Source of the DNA: Bacteriovoracaceae bacterium
GTDB lineage: Bacteria > Bdellovibrionota > Bacteriovoracia > Bacteriovoracales > Bacteriovoracaceae
Assembly (NCBI GenBank): GCA_048267245.1
Contig: JBLWXV010000001.1
Coordinates: 195,487-259,486 of the forward strand
Length of the DNA: 64,000 nt
Direction of reading: 5' to 3'
This document shows, one piece after another, positions 27,830 through 35,929 of the stretch. Numbering within the stretch: the stretch's first letter is position 1; every line of letters begins with the position of its first letter. The notes under the pieces were generated by a model. It did no database searches, was not told where the DNA came from, and worked only from the letters and a program-made list of their open reading frames with translations. The translations under genes were made by a program, and so were the position numbers.

Positions 27830-29026
27830 TTAGTGTCCGCCGCCGCTACCGGCAGCAAGACTTCCAATGATTTGCCAAATTGATTCTCCGTGGAAGAGAT
27901 ACATCCAAAATGCACAACCAACGAGGTTAAAGAGTGCAATTGGAGTAAGGTACTTCCAACATAGTGTCATGAGGTGGTCGACGCGAAGACGTGGAAGCGT
28001 CCAGCGAACCCAAATCACGATATAGTAGAGAACCAATGTCTTAGAAACGAATGATCCAATTTCTAGTACGTTGCCAATTTTGCGACTAAGTTCTGGATCA
28101 AGTCCAAGCTTTTCAGTAAAGAAGACACCTGAGCCTAATTCAAATGGCACTTGGTATCCACCTAGAAAGAGTGCAACGGCCACACCGCAAACAACGAATA
28201 CTTCCATGTACTCAGCAAGAGCAAAGAAAGCAAAGCGCATACCGGTAAATTCTGTGTGGTAACCAGAAACAAGTTCTGATTCAGCTTCTGGAAGGTCAAA
28301 GGGAGCGCGGTTGGTTTCAGCAAGCACGCCAACAAAGAAGACGAAGAAGCCAATAAAGGTAAACGGATTGTGAAGGATATACCACTGGTGCGGAAGTCCG
28401 CCCTGGGCCCCAACGATAGTCCCAAACGAGAGACCACCGGCCATAAGTACCATGGCAAGAACAGAGAGGGTTACAGGAACTTCGTAAGAAACGATTTGAG
28501 CTGCACCTCTCATCCCACCAAGCATCGACCACTTTGAGTTAGATGAGTAACCGCCAAGAAAGATACCTACACCTACGAGTGATGAAACACCGATAAGGTA
28601 GAACACACCAACGTTGAGGTCAGTGAGTGTAAAGCCAGAAGAAAAGGGAATAACGGCGAAAGTAGCAAGAACACCAACGAGGCACATAAGAGGTGCAATC
28701 GTATAAAGGAACTTGTCCACGTGAGCTGGAACGATGTCTTCTTTCATCAACATCTTCACACCATCGGCAAGAAATTGAAGAAGACCAAATGGACCAACGC
28801 GGTTAGGACCCTGTCTCATTTGAAGGTCGGCAGAAATCTTACGTTCAGCGTAGGTTCCAAGACCGCCCACAGTAGCAAGTGCACCAAAGACAACAGCACA
28901 TCCAATAAAGAAAACGAGGAAGGCCATCAACCCTGAGGCATCAAAACCAAGAATGCCACTAACTGCGGCTACTGCTTGTTGATAAATTGTAAATTGTGAA
29001 ACGTATGAAACTATTGTTTCGTTCAT
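27830..29026 (-). CDS. nuoH: NADH-quinone oxidoreductase subunit H (ND1-like)
   Basis: 398 aa. The conserved stretches are ERKISADLQMRQGPNRVGPFGLLQFLADGVKM and APFDLPEAESELVSGYHTEFTGMRFAFFALAEY. Confidence 0.93.
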   Translation of the reverse strand: MNETIVSYVSQFTIYQQAVAAVSGILGFDASGLMAFLVFFIGCAVVFGALATVGGLGTYAERKISADLQMRQGPNRVGPFGLLQFLADGVKMLMKEDIVPAHVDKFLYTIAPLMCLVGVLATFAVIPFSSGFTLTDLNVGVFYLIGVSSLVGVGIFLGGYSSNSKWSMLGGMRGAAQIVSYEVPVTLSVLAMVLMAGGLSFGTIVGAQGGLPHQWYILHNPFTFIGFFVFFVGVLAETNRAPFDLPEAESELVSGYHTEFTGMRFAFFALAEYMEVFVVCGVAVALFLGGYQVPFELGSGVFFTEKLGLDPELSRKIGNVLEIGSFVSKTLVLYYIVIWVRWTLPRLRVDHLMTLCWKYLTPIALFNLVGCAFWMYLFHGESIWQIIGSLAAGSGGGH

Positions 29027-29463
29027 GCCGCATCCTTCTTGTCATTCGCCCCATAGCCCTTGTTGTCCACGTGGTACGACTTAACCCAATCAAGGTCACC
29101 CTTCTTCCAACAATAAACCACACCCAAAAGTAGGATCATCATAAAGACGAGAAGTGAACCAAGTACAACTCCACCGGCACCGATGTCGTTAAACTTTTTA
29201 AAGATCGCTGCTACCGGGAACATCAAAGCGCCTTCCACATCAAAGATGATGAATACGAGGGCTACGACGTAAAAGCGTACGTGAAAATTTGACCACGCTT
29301 GGCCAATGGGATCTTCACCACATTCATAAGGCTGCTCTTTGAGCTTGTTAGGATTGTGGGGACGAATTAATTTACCCATTAATAGGGCACCAGCGAATAC
29401 AATTACCCCTAGGCCCATAAGAATGAGCACGGGCATGTATACGTCTAAACTATGCGACGACAT
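29023..29463 (-). CDS. nuoA: NADH-quinone oxidoreductase subunit A (ND3-like)
   Basis: YECGEDPIGQAWSNFHVRFYVVALVFIIFDVEGALMFP is present. I prefer the ATG at 29463 (MSSHSL...), preceded by GGAG, over the TTG at 29481 in the track. Its stop overlaps the nuoH start by 4 nt. Confidence 0.88.
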   Translation of the reverse strand: MSSHSLDVYMPVLILMGLGVIVFAGALLMGKLIRPHNPNKLKEQPYECGEDPIGQAWSNFHVRFYVVALVFIIFDVEGALMFPVAAIFKKFNDIGAGGVVLGSLLVFMMILLLGVVYCWKKGDLDWVKSYHVDNKGYGANDKKDAA

Positions 29464-29627
29464 GCATGTCTCCGGTTGCAAAGCAAGGTTGAAAGCTCTA
29501 AAAGACTACACGATAACTAACATATTGGAAACATTTTGGCTCGGCTTTTTCAAGGGTAGGGAATTGAATGGACGAGCGAAATCTACTCGCGGCATCATTA
29601 GAAGAGTTTATTTAATTGCGGTGTGAC

Positions 29628-32600
29628 ATGAAGGCATTTCAAAGTTTAGGTCAGCGAATCACTCACTGGGTCACAAAAGATCAAGGCCCTCTAACTATTA
29701 CTGGAACGGCTCTCGAAGAGTGGAGCTTTATTTTGCGCGGCTTGCTAGAGGGTGAGGATGGGCTGGCAAAGAAAAATATTCTTATTGTGACGGGTGATGT
29801 CGAAGAAGCCGAGCGCTGTTACGCATCCCTCAAGGGTTCAATCCTCTCTCATGAACTTTTGTTTTACCCGGGTCTCGAACAGTCTCCTTATAGCTCAATT
29901 GTAAGCAGTGAAAGCTCTCTTTTATATCGCTTTGCAGCCCTGGCCAACGTGACAACCAGCGATCGACCCTGTGTCTTAGTCACCAGTATTGAAGCCTTTC
30001 TCTTAAAGGCCCCAACTCCTGCTTTTTTTATTGAGAACAGACTCGATTTGATTGAGGAAGATATTATTTCCCCCCTCGAACTAGCTTCAAAACTCGTAGC
30101 GCTCGGCTACGAGTCAGCCCCCTCAGTTGAAGAGCCTGGGACTTTTTGTTCAAAGGGAGAAATCTTCGATATTTACCCCCTCACTGGAGGGCCAATTCGC
30201 CTTCATTATTTTGATGATCTGATTGAGAAGATTCACCCCATTGATCAAGCAAGTGGTAAGACTAGAAAAGAAATCAGTATTAAAGATGTAAAGGTCTATC
30301 CAACTCCGCGCATTTTTCGCCGCTCAGAGTTTCAGCACACTCTACGTGAAAATATTCCCATGCCTCCACCTGGCCAGAAGTCCAAGTATGAAAAGCGCAG
30401 ACAGGTTTTTGAAAAGCTCAGTCAGGGTCAACTCTTTGAAGAGTATCCGGCCTATTGTCCACTCTTTCTCGAAGACTCTTGTACACTTGAACAGTATTTC
30501 GCTCCTGAGAAGGCTTTAACAATATTTTTCAATCCCATTAAGGTCTCCTCCGAGGGCCATGCGTGGATTGACTCCATCTCCCACGATTATGATGTTGAAT
30601 CTAAAAATGTAGAGGGTGATGTTCTTCTTCCAAGCCCAGAAAACCTCTATGAAATGAGAGTGGAGGAAATTCTCACTCACAACAAAGCAATTCACGTCAG
30701 TGAAGTTGATATTGGAGCCGATTTTGAGACTGACCTTGCTCACAAGGTAACGATTCGCCTCGAACCAGCCAAGTCCTACTTAACTTCAAACTCAGGTCAG
30801 TCAAAGGCGGAGTTTATTAAGGAGGCAATGGAAAATTGCAAAAAGCGCTTTATGCGCTCTGGTCACATTCTCTTTTGCTACTCTAACGATTCAGCGAAAA
30901 ACGAATTTGTTCATCTTCTTGATGTCTTTGAATTTTCAAGTGAGTTAAAAAAGCGCATTCACTATATTCCTTTTAAGCTTAATCGCGGCTTCTACTACGA
31001 AAATGAAGATCTCCTCATCCTCTCAGATGGAGATTTATTCTCAGTTAAGACTCAGAAAATTAAGAGTCGTCCACAAAAGGAGCTCGATCTCTTTGCCGAG
31101 CAGCTCGCTTCGCTTAAAGAAGGTGATTATGTCATCCACTCTGACCACGGTGTTGGTAAATATCTAGGACTAGAAAAGATTCAAGTAGGGGAGACGAGTA
31201 CTGATTTTCTTATTCTAGAATACTCTGGCAAAGACAAAGTCTACGTTCCTATTTATAAATTAAATCTCATTCAAAAGCACGCAGACGCAGCAGCTGAACT
31301 CAAACCTGATTCTCTAAGAACTAATAAATTTAAGACGATTAAGGCGCGGGCCAAAACTTCAGCCAAGAAGCTCGCCTTTGACCTCATTAAGCTTCAGGCC
31401 GAAAGAGAGAGCACCCCTGCCTATGCTTTTTCTCCACCCGACGACGATTTTAGAGAGTTTGAGCTCTCCTTTCCCTTTCAAGAAACACCCGATCAACTAG
31501 CGGCAATTCGCGATGTTGTTGAGTATATGCAGAAGCCTCGCCCGATGGACTATCTCGTCTGCGGCGATGTTGGATTTGGAAAGACTGAAGTCGCAATTCG
31601 GGCCGCGTTCAAGGCCGTTCTTGATCACAAGCAAGTTGCTGTGCTGGTTCCTACGACAGTACTTGCCCTTCAACACTTTAATAGTTTTGAGCGCAGACTA
31701 AGTGGCTTTCCAGTGCGCGTTGAATTTCTCTCAAGATTCAAATCTCCCAGTGAGAGTAAGAAAATTAAAGAGGATCTCGAGGCCGGAAAAATTGATATCG
31801 TTATTGGCACACACAAACTTCTCTCTGACTCAATTAAGTACAAAGACCTAGGGCTTGTTATCGTCGATGAAGAACAGCGCTTTGGTGTTGGACACAAAGA
31901 AAAGCTCAAGCTTCTTAAGGTCTCCGTCGACTTTCTCACTCTCACCGCGACTCCCATTCCTCGCACCCTGCAACTCGCATTCCTTGGTCTCAGAGACCTC
32001 TCGCTCATTAGAACTGCCCCACCCAAAAGACAGTCGATTAAAACCTATGTGATTAAAGAAGACGATGCCACCTTGCAAGCGGCTATACGCAAGGAGCTCT
32101 CTCGTGGCGGACAGGTCTTTATTGTCCACAATAAAGTTCACGATATCGAAGAGTACACAGGTTATATTCGAGAGCTCGTTCCCGATGCTTCTATTGTTTA
32201 TGCCCACGGGCAATTGCCCGAGCGTGAACTCGAAAAGAGAATGAAGGAATTTTACGATGGCAAATATCAAATTCTCATTTCGACGACCATCATTGAAAGT
32301 GGGATTGATATTCCCAACGCCAATACGATGATTATTGACCGCGCCGATACATTTGGTCTGTCTCAACTTCATCAATTGCGTGGGCGAATCGGTCGATCCG
32401 ATAAGAAAGCCTACGCCTTCTTTATTATTCCCAACACTCGAATGCTTTCAACTGTTGCAGAAAAGAGGCTCAAGGCGCTACAAACCTATGCTGAAATGGG
32501 AAGTGGATTTAATATCGCCAGTGCTGATTTAGAGATTCGTGGGGCAGGGGATATTCTTGGTGGCCAACAGAGTGGACATATTGAAGCCGTTGGGCTCGAA

Positions 32601-33122
32601 CTTTATATGGAGCTCTTAAAAGAGGCGATTGGTGAAATTCGAGGCGAGCGCAAAGTAATGCGCAGAGATATTGAATTTAACACTCCCTTTGCTGCCTTCA
32701 TTCCTAACAACTATATTAAGGACTCATCTGAGCGACTAAAGAGTTATAAGCGCCTCTCAAACTGCTTTGATGGAAATGCCCTTCAACAAATCAAAGAAGA
32801 ATTCGAAGATGTCTATGGAGTCCTTCCAAGTGAGCTCATTAATCTCTTTAGTATTCTCGAGGCCCGCCTGGCGCTTCAATTTTGTGGCGTGAAGTCTCTA
32901 CAGTGTAGTGACCACAACATTAATTTGCGCTTTGACAAAGAAATGCTTGAGTCAAATGATAAGTTAAGAAATCGAATCGTCGAATACTTTGTCGCTTACC
33001 CCAAGCAATACTCACTCACACCCGACTACCAGGTTCTCTACCGCTCAAAATTTCCGGTTACACCAACTGTTCTAGTCGAGTTTTGTCAGCACGTGGCCGA
33101 GCAAATAGTTCCAAAAGAGTGA
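29628..33122 (+). CDS. mfd: transcription-repair coupling factor
   Basis: About 1164 aa. The motifs are DVGFGKTEVAIRAAF (Walker A), VDEEQRFGV and LRGRIGRS, plus a UvrB-homology N-terminal part. The ATG at 29628 is preferred over the TTG at 29616. Confidence 0.93.
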   Translation: MKAFQSLGQRITHWVTKDQGPLTITGTALEEWSFILRGLLEGEDGLAKKNILIVTGDVEEAERCYASLKGSILSHELLFYPGLEQSPYSSIVSSESSLLYRFAALANVTTSDRPCVLVTSIEAFLLKAPTPAFFIENRLDLIEEDIISPLELASKLVALGYESAPSVEEPGTFCSKGEIFDIYPLTGGPIRLHYFDDLIEKIHPIDQASGKTRKEISIKDVKVYPTPRIFRRSEFQHTLRENIPMPPPGQKSKYEKRRQVFEKLSQGQLFEEYPAYCPLFLEDSCTLEQYFAPEKALTIFFNPIKVSSEGHAWIDSISHDYDVESKNVEGDVLLPSPENLYEMRVEEILTHNKAIHVSEVDIGADFETDLAHKVTIRLEPAKSYLTSNSGQSKAEFIKEAMENCKKRFMRSGHILFCYSNDSAKNEFVHLLDVFEFSSELKKRIHYIPFKLNRGFYYENEDLLILSDGDLFSVKTQKIKSRPQKELDLFAEQLASLKEGDYVIHSDHGVGKYLGLEKIQVGETSTDFLILEYSGKDKVYVPIYKLNLIQKHADAAAELKPDSLRTNKFKTIKARAKTSAKKLAFDLIKLQAERESTPAYAFSPPDDDFREFELSFPFQETPDQLAAIRDVVEYMQKPRPMDYLVCGDVGFGKTEVAIRAAFKAVLDHKQVAVLVPTTVLALQHFNSFERRLSGFPVRVEFLSRFKSPSESKKIKEDLEAGKIDIVIGTHKLLSDSIKYKDLGLVIVDEEQRFGVGHKEKLKLLKVSVDFLTLTATPIPRTLQLAFLGLRDLSLIRTAPPKRQSIKTYVIKEDDATLQAAIRKELSRGGQVFIVHNKVHDIEEYTGYIRELVPDASIVYAHGQLPERELEKRMKEFYDGKYQILISTTIIESGIDIPNANTMIIDRADTFGLSQLHQLRGRIGRSDKKAYAFFIIPNTRMLSTVAEKRLKALQTYAEMGSGFNIASADLEIRGAGDILGGQQSGHIEAVGLELYMELLKEAIGEIRGERKVMRRDIEFNTPFAAFIPNNYIKDSSERLKSYKRLSNCFDGNALQQIKEEFEDVYGVLPSELINLFSILEARLALQFCGVKSLQCSDHNINLRFDKEMLESNDKLRNRIVEYFVAYPKQYSLTPDYQVLYRSKFPVTPTVLVEFCQHVAEQIVPKE

Positions 33123-33200
33123 TTTTATTAGCCTCTGTGCTAAAATTTGATAAACTATTTGGTAATTACAAAATGCTAAGGAAGGCATGAGGTACCTATC

Positions 33201-34013
33201 ATGAAAAAAGCTCTCTTAATCGGCGCTGCCGTTTTCCCTCTAATGATCTTTTCTGCTGAGAAAGATCCTGTCGTGGCCAACGTGAACGGCACTGATATTT
33301 CTCTTTCTGAACTCGAATCAAATTATAAGCAAAATCTTATGCTTGTGACTGATAAGACGGTGACGAAGGAAAAAGTACTCAACGATCTCATCAATCGCGA
33401 ACTTGGTATTCAACGTGCGAAGGCAGAGAAGCTTCAAAACGAGCCAGTCGTTAAGAAGAAAATGGAAGATGTCCTCTTTCACGCGAAGATTTCTAAGGAT
33501 CTCGAGCCAAGACTTAAAAAGATTGTTGTGACAGATAAGGATGTCACCGACTATTACAAGTCTCATCCAGAATACCGTACGGCCCACATTCTCTTTAGAA
33601 TTTCGGCCGATCCACAAGAAGCTGAGTGGCAAGAAGCACAAAAAGCTGCTCGCCAGGTATATGCAGAACTTCAAAAGAGCCCAGAGAAGTGGGCCGAGCT
33701 CGCCAATAAGTATTCACAAAGTTCTAGTGCGCCCAATGGGGGAGATCTTGGCTTTCAACCGGCCATTCGTTTAGCACCAGAATACTTTGCTTCAATCAAT
33801 GGCAAGGCCGTTGGGTCATTGATTCCACCGGTGCGCACTCAATTTGGTTACCACATCATCAAAATTCTTGCGAAGCGTGAAGAAAAAGATATCAACCAGC
33901 AACTTTATAAGAAGATTGTCTACGATATTAAGCGCGACAAGATTCTTGAAGATTACTATCAAGAGGTGCGTAGCAGCGCCAATGTCAAAATCAATAAAGA
34001 ATTTCTCAACTAG
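33201..34013 (+). CDS. periplasmic parvulin-type peptidyl-prolyl isomerase (PpiC/PrsA-like)
   Basis: It has a signal peptide. The parvulin core is SSSAPNGGDLGFQP...FGYHIIKIL. Confidence 0.8.
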   Translation: MKKALLIGAAVFPLMIFSAEKDPVVANVNGTDISLSELESNYKQNLMLVTDKTVTKEKVLNDLINRELGIQRAKAEKLQNEPVVKKKMEDVLFHAKISKDLEPRLKKIVVTDKDVTDYYKSHPEYRTAHILFRISADPQEAEWQEAQKAARQVYAELQKSPEKWAELANKYSQSSSAPNGGDLGFQPAIRLAPEYFASINGKAVGSLIPPVRTQFGYHIIKILAKREEKDINQQLYKKIVYDIKRDKILEDYYQEVRSSANVKINKEFLN

Positions 34014-34022
34014 ACCTTTGAA

Positions 34023-34068
34023 ACTGGCCAGGCGCTTACATAATGCGCCTTGCCAGTTCCTCTTTTTT
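34023..34068 (+). terminator. rho-independent terminator
   Basis: A 13-bp stem ACTGGCCAGGCGC/GCGCCTTGCCAGT with one mismatch and a 9-nt loop is followed by TCCTCTTTTTT. Confidence 0.7.
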
Positions 34069-34113
34069 CCCTCCTAATCTAAGCTACTTCAAATCTCACT
34101 TTCATAGGTTTTT

Positions 34114-35037
34114 ATGAAGCAGCTACTCATTATTGCTCTCTTTTTTTCAACTCTAACTTCAAGCGCTTTTGGTGCTCCCAAGCTACTCGATAAGATTGTG
34201 GCCATTATAAATAGCAAGGTAGTGACCCTCTCAGAAATTAAGCGCATTCAAAATAGCATGGAGGCTAGGGCCAATATTTCGCCCATGCTCTATCGCGACA
34301 AATCAAAGAAGACTAACGATCTCGTTCGCATGTCAATTAATCGCTACCTCATTCGCGCTAAGCTCGAAGAACTTGGCTATATCGTGACTGACGATCAAGT
34401 TGAAGGACAGATTAAGTCAACGGAAGATAGACTTCGCCTCACACGCGCAGCACTTCTAAGCTTTCTTCAAAGCAACAACCTCACTTTTGATGAGTACTTT
34501 GAGATCATTAGAGAGAGTATTGAATTTAATATCTTCTTTTCTCGCGTAATTCAGCCTCTTGTAACAGTCACTGACCAAGAGGTGAAGAATGAGTACTTCA
34601 AGAGAAACGTTGATAATAAGACGCTCTCTTTTAAACTTGATCTAGTTGATTTCACCATGCCTAAGTCTCAGATGAACAAGGCGATGATTAATGAATTTCC
34701 GCGCGTACTTGAGAATATGCAATCAACAGGAAATATCCCGGATCGCTTTAGGGACTATTCAACCAATACTCTTGGCCAGATCTCTGAAGAGGGCCTAAAT
34801 AAAGAACTTAGAACTCTTCTTGTCCAAACGGAAGAGGGTGGCTTTAGTAAGCCAATTCTCATTGGTGATGACTACCATGTCTTCTACGTTAAGAAGAAAG
34901 ATCTCGTGGAATCAGAGCAGTATCTTCGAATTAAAGAGCAGATTCGCGCTGAACTAAGTGAGAACGTGAGCACAGAGATTCTTGCTCTATGGTTTCAACG
35001 TGAACAGAATAAGCACTTTGTGAGAACCTTTAATTAA
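34114..35037 (+). CDS. SurA-like periplasmic chaperone (SurA_N domain with degenerate parvulin domain)
   Basis: It has a signal peptide. LLDKIVAIINSKVVTLSEIKR is typical of the SurA N-terminal domain. It sits immediately upstream of pdxA, as surA does in E. coli. Confidence 0.65.
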   Translation: MKQLLIIALFFSTLTSSAFGAPKLLDKIVAIINSKVVTLSEIKRIQNSMEARANISPMLYRDKSKKTNDLVRMSINRYLIRAKLEELGYIVTDDQVEGQIKSTEDRLRLTRAALLSFLQSNNLTFDEYFEIIRESIEFNIFFSRVIQPLVTVTDQEVKNEYFKRNVDNKTLSFKLDLVDFTMPKSQMNKAMINEFPRVLENMQSTGNIPDRFRDYSTNTLGQISEEGLNKELRTLLVQTEEGGFSKPILIGDDYHVFYVKKKDLVESEQYLRIKEQIRAELSENVSTEILALWFQREQNKHFVRTFN

Positions 35038-35039
35038 AA

Positions 35040-35915
35040 ATGTTACACGTAAGCGCAGGACATGAAAAAGGTATTGGACTTGAAGTCTTTCTCAAGTCCT
35101 TTCTCTGCCTTCCTGCGCGCGATCAAGATCGCATCATTCTCCATTGTCGCCCAGATATTCTCAAAAGCGTTGCCAAGACTATTGGTCTTCGACTGCCAAG
35201 CGAATTAAGGCTCGTTGAATTAAGCACCAACACTGAAACTCTAACACTTCAATCTCTTCATAGTGCCCTCAATGCTATGGGTGAAAAAGATAGGCTCTTT
35301 ACCCTTCCCACGTCTAAAGATCAGCTCGTAACAAACGCTAAGAACCATCTTGGCTACACTGAATATCTTCGCCATCACTTCAAGTCACCAGACTTAATTA
35401 TGTCTTTTAAAGCACCTTCGTCACAGATTGCTCTTCTTACAGATCATGTGCCCCTAAAGGACTTTGTCACTCAAGCGGCGACTGCCCCTTGGGAAGATAA
35501 ACTCCAAGCGATCTTTGAGCACTGCTCGAGCTTTTATCAAGTAAGTAAGTTTGCGATTGCTGGGATAAATCCTCACGCTGGAGAAAATGGTCTCTTGGGT
35601 TCTGAAGATCAAGTCCTGGCCACTCTTATTCAAAAACTTAAAAAGAAAAATTCTCACTTAGAGATTTTGGGTCCTCTTCCTGGCGACACACTTCACCTAA
35701 AGAGTAGACCAGATACTCTTCTCATTTATCTCTATCACGATCAGGGTCTGTGCTGGTTTAAAGGCGCTCACGGCCTAATTGGGGCCAATATCACCCTAGG
35801 CCTGCCTTTTATTCGTCTAAGTGTGGACCACGGGACGGCATTTGATCTCTATGGTAAAAACAAGGCCGACTATCGAGGCTGCCTCTACTGTTTGAGGATT
35901 GGCCTAGACCACTAA
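35040..35915 (+). CDS. pdxA: 4-hydroxythreonine-4-phosphate dehydrogenase
   Basis: The conserved stretches are GINPHAGENGLLGSED and RLSVDHGTAFDLYGKNKAD. At 291 aa it is somewhat short. Confidence 0.8.
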   Translation: MLHVSAGHEKGIGLEVFLKSFLCLPARDQDRIILHCRPDILKSVAKTIGLRLPSELRLVELSTNTETLTLQSLHSALNAMGEKDRLFTLPTSKDQLVTNAKNHLGYTEYLRHHFKSPDLIMSFKAPSSQIALLTDHVPLKDFVTQAATAPWEDKLQAIFEHCSSFYQVSKFAIAGINPHAGENGLLGSEDQVLATLIQKLKKKNSHLEILGPLPGDTLHLKSRPDTLLIYLYHDQGLCWFKGAHGLIGANITLGLPFIRLSVDHGTAFDLYGKNKADYRGCLYCLRIGLDH

Positions 35916-35929
35916 TTATTTGAGTAGCT

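Noticed and set aside
29063-29078. parS-like TTGTCCACGTGGTACG inside nuoA (and CCACGTGA at about 28714)
   Set aside because: It has four mismatches to the palindrome used at the two bona fide sites and is not symmetric. It is probably a chance CACGTG core.
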